DNA of 64,000 nt from Bacteroidales bacterium OttesenSCG-928-B11 (GTDB lineage Bacteria > Bacteroidota > Bacteroidia > Bacteroidales > WCHB1-69): positions 6,249-70,248 of the forward strand of contig JAJDJJ010000001.1 of the NCBI GenBank assembly GCA_030267125.1, read 5' to 3'. Below are positions 50,871 through 59,385 of the stretch, one piece after another. A model generated the notes under the pieces. It was not told where the DNA came from. It saw only the letters and a program-made list of their open reading frames with translations, and did no database searches. Made by a program: the position numbers and the translations under genes. Position 1 is the first letter of the stretch. Every line of letters starts with the position of its first letter.

Positions 50871-52253
50871 ATGTCTGTTTCTGTATTTTCTAAAATCACA
50901 TACTATTTATTGGCAATTTTTGTCATATCCATACCTTTTAGCATACCTTATTTCACGCCGCTATTAGGTGTTGTATTGTTGGGCGTTTGGCTCTCCGAAG
51001 GGAATTTTCGTGCTCGCCTTCAACGGATTGACACGATTCCTGAAAGGATCATCACAATTGTTGGTATTGCGTTGTTGTTCTTTTATGCTGTAGGTTTTTT
51101 TTATGCCCCTGATATGAAAACCTCGGCGATAGCCTTGGTGAAGAAAATATGGTTCCTGATCGCGCCGCTCATCTTCTTCACCGCAGATACAAACTATTTC
51201 ACCGAAAAACGGGTCAAGCAGCTTTTTTTCTTGTATATCTGTTCTGCTTTCTGCATGATTCTCGTTAATTTAATTATTTCGATTTTTGAATATTCTGCCA
51301 CCGGCAGCATGATGTACTTCACCTACAAATGGCTCTCTCATTTCACCCATCCGTCATATTGCTCCATGTATAGCTGTACTGCGCTGATGCTCTCTTTTTA
51401 TTTCACATTTATCGCTCCCATTAACAATAAAAAATACTATTACTTCCTACTTTTCACCCTGCCGCTATTTTTCTCTTTTATATTGATGCTGCAATCAAGA
51501 GCCGGTATCCTTTCGGCTACGGCCGTGGTGCTTGCGTTGGGGGTTTTCGTTTGTAGAAGATGGCGGGGAAGGATTTTTTACATCATAGCTTTTATCCTTG
51601 CCTTACTCTTTTCTCAAAAATTTATCACGGGATATGTGTTGTGCCTTGGATTGATTACGGGTGTTGTTTATCTGCAAAAGAATCATGTGAAAGCACGTGT
51701 TTTTTTGGTTTTTCTTATCGTTTCGCTATCCAGTTATGCCGTTTTCGACTTGTTGATAGGCAGTAAGTTCGATCGATTTGAAAGAGGCATAGCTTGGGAA
51801 GAAGATGACAACAGTTCCATCGGGCAGCGCATGTATTTGTGGGAATCGTCTGTCGAGATGATCAAGAAGAAGCCGGTTTTTGGCACCGGTACCGGTAGTG
51901 CACGGGAAACGCTCTGCGAGATGCATCGCCAAGCGGATAATGAAATGATGCTTGAGAAACGAAAAAATGCACACAATCAATATCTTGAAACAATGTTGGA
52001 TCTTGGTCTGATGGGCTTGATTCCGCTTCTGGCTTTTCTGTTCTTCCCTTTTTACTACGCTTGTCGTTATCGAAGTGTTGTCACGCTTTGCTTTGTCATC
52101 ATCGTCGCGCTGAATATCGGCGTGGAGTCGATGTTCGAGTATTATATAGGTAGTGATTTTATCGCTTTCTTCATGGCGATATGTTGTTATTTCATATTCC
52201 TGATGAATCCGCAAAAAAAACAATCCCACCCCAGCCATGTCGCAAATCAATAA
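50871..52253 (+). CDS. O-antigen ligase / Wzy_C-family polymerase-like membrane protein
   Basis: A polytopic membrane protein with a large loop containing RxxxW...GxGxG and the AHNQYLETMLDLGLMGL block typical of the O-antigen ligase family. The ATG at 50871 is preferred to the GTG at 50784. Confidence 0.7.
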   Translation: MSVSVFSKITYYLLAIFVISIPFSIPYFTPLLGVVLLGVWLSEGNFRARLQRIDTIPERIITIVGIALLFFYAVGFFYAPDMKTSAIALVKKIWFLIAPLIFFTADTNYFTEKRVKQLFFLYICSAFCMILVNLIISIFEYSATGSMMYFTYKWLSHFTHPSYCSMYSCTALMLSFYFTFIAPINNKKYYYFLLFTLPLFFSFILMLQSRAGILSATAVVLALGVFVCRRWRGRIFYIIAFILALLFSQKFITGYVLCLGLITGVVYLQKNHVKARVFLVFLIVSLSSYAVFDLLIGSKFDRFERGIAWEEDDNSSIGQRMYLWESSVEMIKKKPVFGTGTGSARETLCEMHRQADNEMMLEKRKNAHNQYLETMLDLGLMGLIPLLAFLFFPFYYACRYRSVVTLCFVIIVALNIGVESMFEYYIGSDFIAFFMAICCYFIFLMNPQKKQSHPSHVANQ

Positions 52254-53766
52254 ATCCCGGATAGCCAAGAACACGATGTTTCTTTATTTCAGGATGATTT
52301 TGATCATGCTGATCTCTTTCTATACCACCCGCGTGGTTTTCCGTACGTTGGGCGTGGTTGATTATGGAATACTTACGGTCGTTGGAGGTCTTGTCATTCT
52401 GTTGGCTTTCATCAACGGCACGATGTCGAATGCGTCGCAACGCTTTTTTGCCATCGAATTAGGGCAGAATAATAAAGAGCAACTTAAAAAGGCGTTTACT
52501 ACTAACATCAACCTGTACATTATTTTCTCGGCAATATTGCTGGTTGTGGCTGAAACGATCGGACTTTGGTTCTTAAACCATAAGATGAACATTCCTGCCG
52601 ACCGGATAGTCGCCGCCAATTGGGTTTACCATCTTTCCGTTGCCAGCACAATCATTTCTATAATCACCATTCCATACGGCGCGATTATCATTGCTCGGGA
52701 AAAGATGAAGTTTTACGCTTATATCAGTCTCTTAGAGGCAAGTTTGAAGTTAGCCATCGTTTACCTCCTGGTTATCTCTCCCGCCGATAAACTGATCACA
52801 TACGCCATCCTGCTCTTTGTAGTCGCCATCATAAATTCGGGTATTCACGCGATCTATTGTAGCCGGAAATTTGAGGAGTGCCATTACTCGTTTTCTTGGG
52901 ATAAGGCGCTTTTCAAAGAAATGTTGAGCTATTCGGGGTGGAATATGTATGGGGTTTTGGCGGTGTCATTGCGAAACCACGGGGTCAATGTTTTGCTGAA
53001 TATCGTCTTTGGTCCCGCGGTCAATGCGGCTCGTAGCATCTCCTACCAAATTTTCAATGCCATCAACCAGTTCACTAACAACTTTTTCACCGCTGTCAGG
53101 CCGCAGCTCACTAAGTCGTATGCCGCCGGGGAACGGAAGGGGATGTTGACGCTGCTGTTTCAAAGTTCCAAATTTTCCTACTACCTGTTGCTTTTCTTAG
53201 CGTTGCCGATCTTCTTGGAGGCGCCCGGGATATTGAAAATCTGGTTGACCGACGTGCCTGAGTATGCCATTGTTTTTTCGCGTTTAGTTGTCATCAACGC
53301 TATCATTGAATCGCTGCAACTGCCTATCATGACTTCGATCCAAGCGACGGGCAGGGTCAAGTTTTTTGAACTATGTACGGGTACGGTTTTGCTACTGAAT
53401 ATTCCCGTTTGTTATCTTTTCCTAAAAGCCGGTTACCCGCCGCAAAGTACCATGGTCGTTTCGATTCTACTCTCTCTCATTGCCCAGATCATACGAGTGG
53501 TCTTTGCCCATAAACAACTCGCCATGTCCATCAGCGACTACTGCAAGTTTGTGGTCGCTCCCATCCTTATCGTGACTACGCTCTCCGCCATCTTGCCGGT
53601 GCTTACGGTCTGTTATTTCGAAACATCGTTTTACCGGCTTTTAGCCACTCTCCTTATCAGCACCCTTTCCTGTGCCATAGCCATTTATTTTGCAGGAATA
53701 AGTAAAAACGAACGGAAAGCGTTGATCACAGCGGTACAAAAGAAGTGTAAAGGGAGTAAGGAGTAG
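52237..53766 (+). CDS. MOP/Wzx-family polysaccharide flippase
   Basis: A 509-aa protein with about 12-14 TM helices. It overlaps the preceding ligase-like gene by 17 nt. Confidence 0.6.
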   Translation: MSQINKSRIAKNTMFLYFRMILIMLISFYTTRVVFRTLGVVDYGILTVVGGLVILLAFINGTMSNASQRFFAIELGQNNKEQLKKAFTTNINLYIIFSAILLVVAETIGLWFLNHKMNIPADRIVAANWVYHLSVASTIISIITIPYGAIIIAREKMKFYAYISLLEASLKLAIVYLLVISPADKLITYAILLFVVAIINSGIHAIYCSRKFEECHYSFSWDKALFKEMLSYSGWNMYGVLAVSLRNHGVNVLLNIVFGPAVNAARSISYQIFNAINQFTNNFFTAVRPQLTKSYAAGERKGMLTLLFQSSKFSYYLLLFLALPIFLEAPGILKIWLTDVPEYAIVFSRLVVINAIIESLQLPIMTSIQATGRVKFFELCTGTVLLLNIPVCYLFLKAGYPPQSTMVVSILLSLIAQIIRVVFAHKQLAMSISDYCKFVVAPILIVTTLSAILPVLTVCYFETSFYRLLATLLISTLSCAIAIYFAGISKNERKALITAVQKKCKGSKE

Positions 53767-53966
53767 TGCTGCAATTATGCCACAATGAACCCTGTCTTCT
53801 TTGCGCATTTTCCTGATTTTTGTGCAATATTTTTCACTTAAAACAAAGGGTATGACAATTTTATATTGTAATTTTCTGATATTCAGAGAGTAATTTTTTT
53901 TCACAGATAATAGTGCTGTTTTTCCAAAATGATATATTTGCACGTTTTTATTGAAAGTGTGCAACG

Positions 53967-54566
53967 ATGACGACCACGAAGAAAAAAATTATAGATACGG
54001 CGAAGGTTCTTTTTGGATCTAATGGCTTGAAGAATACGACAATGAATGATATTGCCGTATTGTCAAAAAAAGGACGGCGAACACTCTATACTTATTTTAA
54101 GAATAAAAATGAAATCTTGGATGCCATCATTTCTGAAGAACTTGATTGTGTGGTTCGCACGATATCGGAAGTGATGGAAAAAGAGATGGATCCCATTGAT
54201 AAATTTGTGGCTTATATCGTTACGCGAATGAATGTGATGCGGGAAGTGGTACAGCGCAATGGTTCGTTGGGTGCGGATTTTTTCAAGGATGTGATTCGCG
54301 TGGAGTTATGCCGTCGGAAATTGGAGCGGATTGAAATTGATCACTTGAAGACGATTCTGCAAGAGGGGAGGCAGAAGGGGGTTTTTAATTTCAGTAATAT
54401 TGATCAAGTGGCTATTTTCACCCATTTTGTGATACGAGGAATTGATGTTCCTTACATCCGTGGCGTCTTCGATGAACCCGGACCCGATAAAAATGAAACC
54501 TTAAAGCGCAAGACGTTAACGATTTTGCATGGACTGTTAAATAGTGAAGAGGGGGGGGGAGAATAA
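53967..54566 (+). CDS. TetR/AcrR-family transcriptional regulator
   Basis: The N-terminal HTH is KKKIIDTAKVLFGSNGLKNTTMNDIAVLSKKGRRTLYTYFKNKNEIL. Confidence 0.85.
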   Translation: MTTTKKKIIDTAKVLFGSNGLKNTTMNDIAVLSKKGRRTLYTYFKNKNEILDAIISEELDCVVRTISEVMEKEMDPIDKFVAYIVTRMNVMREVVQRNGSLGADFFKDVIRVELCRRKLERIEIDHLKTILQEGRQKGVFNFSNIDQVAIFTHFVIRGIDVPYIRGVFDEPGPDKNETLKRKTLTILHGLLNSEEGGGE

Positions 54567-54650
54567 TTATTGTCTCTTCAGACTTGAAGGTGTAGAAAGC
54601 TTTAGCTTTGTTAAATTTTGAATTTTAAACTTTGAAAATTAAATAACACG

Positions 54651-55595
54651 ATGTATATAAATGCGATGGGGTATTATGTCCCGCCAATTAGAGTTCACAA
54701 CGACTATTTTTTAGAAGTAAACGGTTTGACGAGTGATTGGATTTTCCAACGTACGGGTATTGAAACGCGAGCGCGTGTGCGGGAAGGGGACAATTCGTTT
54801 ACTATGGGACGCAAGGCAGTGGCACGTGCGGTGGAGCGGTTGCCATATCCGATTTCCGAGGTGGATCTCATCATCAGCGCGGGCTACACGCCGCAAGATA
54901 CAGTGGGCACACTGGCGCATACGATTCAACGAGATTTCGGCATCGAGAATGCCGTTTCGGTAATGATCTCTTCGGCATGTTCCTCATGTGTGAACGCCCT
55001 CGAGATCGTGGAAGGTTATTTCGCAGCCCATAAAGCAACCAAGGCGTTAATTGTCTGTTCGGAAAACAACTCCTATTATAATGATGAGAGTGATCCAAAT
55101 AGTGGACACCTCTGGGGCGACGCGGCGATTGCCATGTTTATCTCTAAAACACAAATAACTGAAAATGAACCTCAAATTTTAAACGTGGCAACACACGGGT
55201 TGGGGCATATAGGAAAAGGACCGGAAGGTGTTTATCTTGAACCCAAAAGCGGGAAGATTGCAATGCCAAACGGCAAGGATGTTTTTGCTAATGCGACTCG
55301 CTACATGATTGATGCTGTGAATGAAGTAACTGCCAAAAGCAATGTAGACCTGAAAGAGTTGGATTATGTGATCGCGCATCAAGCCAATATGAGGATCATC
55401 AATAATGTGCTCAAACAGTTGGATTTTCCCGAAAGCAAATCATTAAACAATATTCGGAATTACGGTAATACCGGTTCAGCGAGCGCATTTCTCGTCATGA
55501 TGGAAAATGAAAAGGAGTTTCAGAAGGGTAACTTAGTGGGAATTACTGTTTTCGGAGGAGGATACTCTTCGGGCGCCGCATTGATTCGATTCTGA
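54651..55595 (+). CDS. 3-oxoacyl-ACP synthase III (FabH-family KAS III)
   Basis: The catalytic triad contexts are SSACSSCVNAL (Cys), AHQANMRII (His) and GNTGSAS (Asn). Whether this is the housekeeping FabH or a specialised paralogue is unknown. Confidence 0.8.
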   Translation: MYINAMGYYVPPIRVHNDYFLEVNGLTSDWIFQRTGIETRARVREGDNSFTMGRKAVARAVERLPYPISEVDLIISAGYTPQDTVGTLAHTIQRDFGIENAVSVMISSACSSCVNALEIVEGYFAAHKATKALIVCSENNSYYNDESDPNSGHLWGDAAIAMFISKTQITENEPQILNVATHGLGHIGKGPEGVYLEPKSGKIAMPNGKDVFANATRYMIDAVNEVTAKSNVDLKELDYVIAHQANMRIINNVLKQLDFPESKSLNNIRNYGNTGSASAFLVMMENEKEFQKGNLVGITVFGGGYSSGAALIRF

Positions 55596-55753
55596 GCGAT
55601 AGTATTTAGCCCAACTTTCACCCCGAAAATTATTTTTCATAAAAATTTCGGGTATATTTCCATCCTTTGAAATCGCAACTTGCTGAAAAACAGATATATG
55701 GATGTACTATTCCACCTCATTTTCGATTTGTAGGACACTTTCGGTAAATTTTC

Positions 55754-56238
55754 TTGCCGTATTTTTGCGGCATGCACGTGAATGTACAACTTCGATTCAA
55801 CCCCGCCACCGCCCAAGATGCTCCCTATTATCGTTTGAAGGAGTCTTATCATGATGTGCGCGCTTTTGCCGAAATATTTTGGCAACGCATGATCGACGAG
55901 GGTGGCATCGACCGGTTCAACCAGAATGAAAACAAAACCAAAAAAGAGAATGAAAAATATATAGACTTGATACCGCGGAACACACGGATGCCCGGAACGT
56001 GGGTGCGGAATGGCTTTGCAAACAGACTATTGATCGTCTTGGCATAGAAGAATTTCTGCGAGGACAAGGGTGGGCAGAGCCGTGGAGCGTTATCCGTCCA
56101 TAGCCCGCCATTATCAGATAACCTACCTGAGCAACAACGAAAAACCTTCCGAAATGCGCCAGGTGGAGTGGAGTGTCAAAGATCCCGCGGCAATCGACAA
56201 GAACTCAGGGGTTTACTTTCTGCACGCCCTACCTCATT
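55754..56238 (+). mobile_element. Heavily degraded IS transposase remnant (IS1634/IS4-like)
   Basis: Three frames carry fragments typical of such transposases: PYYRLKESYHDVRA; EHTDARNVGAEWLCKQTIDRLGIEEFLRGQGW; KDPAAIDKNSGVYFLHALP. They are separated by stops and frameshifts. No terminal repeats were identified. Confidence 0.4.
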
Positions 56239-56794
56239 GATTGTAGAACACCCGATATTTCTCTTTTACATAGGAGTCCGCATTTGTTGAACGTCCTATT
56301 GCCGCTCCCATATAAAAATAATAAAAATAGCTACTTTTTTCTTTGTCAATATTATAGAAGCTAATGACATTATTTTTAGATTCAAGAAGGTGATTTAAAG
56401 CAAAAGAACAAGTGTAGTGTAATTTATGTGTAATTTTATAATATGGTTGATCTACACATTCAGTGAGATTAAAAGACAAAGTAATATTTTTATAATAAAT
56501 ATCTTCTGAAATTAATTGCAATAATTTATTTAAATTAGAATCAGCAATATCTATTAAGCTAGAATATATATGTCGTATTGGGATTTCTACAAGACCTTTT
56601 ATGCTATCTTGATACTCAAAGTGTGCGTCTGTAATATGTTGATAGCCAGGAATTTTTCCATCAACCAAAATAACACAAGGAATCCCTGAGCATTGGCTAA
56701 AAACCTTTTGAGTAAAAAACAAAATGCAAAAAACAAACCAAATCGGTATAGAGCTAAATGATTTTCGTTTAGAACCTTTTTCTACTTTTTCCAT
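56234..56794 (-). CDS. Candidate immunity protein for the orphan Rhs C-terminal toxin
   Basis: A 186-aa AT-rich ORF that overlaps the 3' end of the Rhs-CT ORF by 26 nt. It has an N-terminal hydrophobic segment (IPIWFVFCILFFTQKVFSQ). Confidence 0.45.
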   Translation of the reverse strand: MEKVEKGSKRKSFSSIPIWFVFCILFFTQKVFSQCSGIPCVILVDGKIPGYQHITDAHFEYQDSIKGLVEIPIRHIYSSLIDIADSNLNKLLQLISEDIYYKNITLSFNLTECVDQPYYKITHKLHYTCSFALNHLLESKNNVISFYNIDKEKSSYFYYFYMGAAIGRSTNADSYVKEKYRVFYNQ

Positions 56795-57794
56795 TGTCTA
56801 TTACATTTTTTAAAGCACTTATATTCATTTTTCCCAAAGAAGTTGAATTACTATTATAAAACACAACTTGTGGAACACGTTCGCTGTTACCTGTTGAAGC
56901 ATTTATTCTAGGTTTACTGTTGCCTACTACGATATTAAGACCATAACTATTAAAAGTAGCATTATCATTGAGAGAGAGTGATTCCGGTGCATAGTATGTA
57001 TTATTGCTATACTCTCCTAATGGATGCGAATGGATACTCGTAGTTCTGTTTTCTCCTTTATTAGAAGGAAAACTAGTGGTGGCTTTTTCTCCTTTAGATA
57101 CATCGCCACCTTGAGGTCCTTTTATTACATTAATTTCATCCAGTACCACAGAGCATTCTTCCTTATTGCCACCATTTCCTGTTGTTCTATTATATACTTC
57201 ATTCGCTTCATTTAATTCCTGATATGTGGTAGAGACTTTTATCTTGCCTGCTACACCATTAGCATTCTTTGGTGTTATTTTATCCTTTACATCATTTTCA
57301 TTAAGCAAGTATACCTTATTGTCTTTTTCGCCGTCAGTTCCCAAATAATTACCTCCAAAGTCATAAAAATCTCCAAAACTCCTCCCATCCGGATCCACCA
57401 ACTTGATCGGATTATTCGCACAATACACATACGGGCTCCATCCCGGATACTTACTTGCCAACGGATCCACGCTCAGCCAGATACTCAGGTCGCTATCGTA
57501 GTACCGCGCGCCGAAGTAGCCGTAGCCCGTCTCCTCGTCTTTTTCCTTCCCCGAGAAGGTGTAGCGGGAGTTCCAATAGGTGGCGCGCTGGTCGATGGCG
57601 GTTTCTCCAAATGGAAGGTAGTGCATAAACTGGACGGGGTCGCCGTCCTTGTCGGTGATCCAGGAAGAGGAGCCCAGGTGGTCGGTGTGGTAGTAGTCTT
57701 CGGAACACGGCTCACGGAACACGGTACAAGGAAAGCCTGCGTAAGAGGTTTGGGGTTGGAAGTTTGGGGTTAGATTGTTTTTCACGGTCTTCAT
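56769..57794 (-). CDS. Orphan Rhs/YD-repeat C-terminal fragment with variable toxin domain (JAB-like HSHP motif)
   Basis: The Rhs-associated core end is YHTDHLGSS...FMHYLPFGE...YTFSGKEKDEETGYGYFGARYYDSDLSIWLSVDPL...NNPIKLVDPDGR. A C-terminal domain of about 200 aa follows. The upstream roughly 1000+ aa Rhs shell is absent, so this is a displaced CT cassette or a truncated gene. Confidence 0.7.
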   Translation of the reverse strand: MKTVKNNLTPNFQPQTSYAGFPCTVFREPCSEDYYHTDHLGSSSWITDKDGDPVQFMHYLPFGETAIDQRATYWNSRYTFSGKEKDEETGYGYFGARYYDSDLSIWLSVDPLASKYPGWSPYVYCANNPIKLVDPDGRSFGDFYDFGGNYLGTDGEKDNKVYLLNENDVKDKITPKNANGVAGKIKVSTTYQELNEANEVYNRTTGNGGNKEECSVVLDEINVIKGPQGGDVSKGEKATTSFPSNKGENRTTSIHSHPLGEYSNNTYYAPESLSLNDNATFNSYGLNIVVGNSKPRINASTGNSERVPQVVFYNSNSTSLGKMNISALKNVIDNGKSRKRF

Positions 57795-57904
57795 AATGGT
57801 GTCGCAAAAGTAATGAATTTTCGGTTTGGTGATGTTGATATTTTCTTCCTGACTTCTGTCTCCTGCTTCCTGTCCTTTCTCCGTGTTCCGTGATCCATGT
57901 TCCG
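57701..57904. repeat. 24-bp imperfect inverted repeat (22/24) flanking a 156-bp segment
   Basis: The left arm is cggaacacggctcacggaacacgg (57701-57724). The reverse complement of the right arm ccgtgttccgtgatccatgttccg (57881-57904) is cggaacatggatcacggaacacgg. The inner 13 bp are perfect. Confidence 0.85.
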
Positions 57905-57922
57905 CTTCAAGCTAAAGTTCAA

Positions 57923-58103
57923 ATATTCAACCCGCTTTTTTTGATTTTACGGCGTTATTTGCAGGGGGTTTCTTGCAAGGAGCAGTCCGATGTTGAATTA
58001 TTTTCCGTGCGTCTCTACATCCGATTTGCCACGTGTCCTCGTAATTCGCAATTGTTTCAGATATTCAACCCGTTTTTTTTTGATTTTACGGGGTTTCTTG
58101 CAA
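57923..58103. repeat. Direct repeat of about 43 bp (two copies, 13-bp indel)
   Basis: Copy 1 spans 57923-57978: atattcaacccgctttttttgattttacgg, an extra 13 nt (cgttatttgcagg), then gggtttcttgcaa. Copy 2 is 58061-58103: atattcaacccgtttttttttgattttacggggtttcttgcaa. Confidence 0.8.
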
Positions 58104-58158
58104 TGCAAGATGGTACACAACCCATGATGCGCATTTTATCCTGCTGTTTTTCTCTCTC

Positions 58159-59259
58159 TTAATCTCCGAACGACATGCCCATTCCTTTTGCGGTATGGAT
58201 TAAATGGTCGGTGTTGGGATCGACGAGATTGGGCTTGCTGATTGCTTGGGTTAGCGGCACACTCAAGAATTTGGGCTGTCGGTAGACCACCATTTGTCCG
58301 TATTGCTGATCCTTAACCAGTTCGAAGGCTTTCACGCCGAAGGCTGTGGCAATGATGCGGTCGAAGGCGATGGGTGTTCCGCCGCGTTGAAGATGGCCCA
58401 AGACGGTGACGCGGATGTCGTGTTCCACGCCTAAGTCTTCTAATTCTTTGCGTAACTTGTCGCCGGCTCCGTGCAGTTTGAAATGTGGATCTCCTGCGTT
58501 AACCGGTGCCGATCCGCTTGCCGTTCCATCTTTTCGAACTGCGCCTTCGGCGATCACAATATTGCAAAAACCTTCGTTGTCGCGGTATCGGGTAGCAATC
58601 TTTTCCGCCACTTTCACAGGGTCGTAAGGAATTTCGGGGATGAGGCATACATCGGCACCGCCGGCAATGGCCGAATGCAATGCGATCCAACCCGCATCAC
58701 GTCCCATCACTTCCATGATAAAGATACGATTGTGACTCTCTGCCGTAGTTACCAGTTTGTCGAATGCTTCCGTGGCAATCTGCACTGCCGTTTGGAATCC
58801 GAATGTGAAATCAGTACTAGCCAAGTCATTATCAATGGTTTTGGGAACACCCACCACATTGATGCCCATGTTTTCCAATTGGACTGAAATCCGTTGGGAG
58901 CCATCACCACCGATGTTGATGACTGCGTCGATGCCGAGATTCTCAAGTCTTCGTTTCATCAACTCGGATCGATCTTCCGTGATCCAAGTGCCGTCAGGTA
59001 GTTGCACAGGAAAGTGAAAAGGACCTCCGCGATTGATGGTTTTGATGATAGTTCCGCCTTTTACATGTAAGCCGGAAACGGTTTTGGAGGTAAGTTGGAT
59101 AAGTTCGATGTTGTCTTTCAAAATCCCGTTAAATGATTCAATACACCCGAAGACCTCCCAGCCGCCTTCTTGATGTGCTCTTTTAACAATTCCGCGAAGT
59201 ACCGCGTTCAATCCCGGGCAATCACCGCCACCCGTTGCAACTAATATTCGTTTTGCCAT
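58159..59259 (-). CDS. pfkA: 6-phosphofructokinase
   Basis: Contains GGGDCPGLNAV, INIGGDGS, PKTIDNDL, MGRDAGWIAL and HLQRGG blocks. Confidence 0.9.
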   Translation of the reverse strand: MAKRILVATGGGDCPGLNAVLRGIVKRAHQEGGWEVFGCIESFNGILKDNIELIQLTSKTVSGLHVKGGTIIKTINRGGPFHFPVQLPDGTWITEDRSELMKRRLENLGIDAVINIGGDGSQRISVQLENMGINVVGVPKTIDNDLASTDFTFGFQTAVQIATEAFDKLVTTAESHNRIFIMEVMGRDAGWIALHSAIAGGADVCLIPEIPYDPVKVAEKIATRYRDNEGFCNIVIAEGAVRKDGTASGSAPVNAGDPHFKLHGAGDKLRKELEDLGVEHDIRVTVLGHLQRGGTPIAFDRIIATAFGVKAFELVKDQQYGQMVVYRQPKFLSVPLTQAISKPNLVDPNTDHLIHTAKGMGMSFGD

Positions 59260-59385
59260 ATTGTTTCTTTATAAAAATAGTATTTTTGCATGATCAAGAA
59301 TTGATAACGATATTTTCAAGAAAAAGTTATATCCACTTTTTTTTATTTATGAACAAACGGTAATAACAATAAAAAATCACATAAA

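Noticed and set aside
55637-56111. Short ORFs on both strands (82, 97, 72 and 64 aa) between the KASIII gene and the Rhs immunity gene
   Set aside because: They are mutually overlapping and fragmentary. The plus-strand pieces are better explained as frameshifted remnants of one transposase.
57485-57715. Two overlapping Arg/Pro-rich minus-strand ORFs (76 aa and 71 aa) within the Rhs core region
   Set aside because: These are alternative frames of the GC-rich Rhs core segment. The frame containing the YD/Rhs motifs is the coding one.
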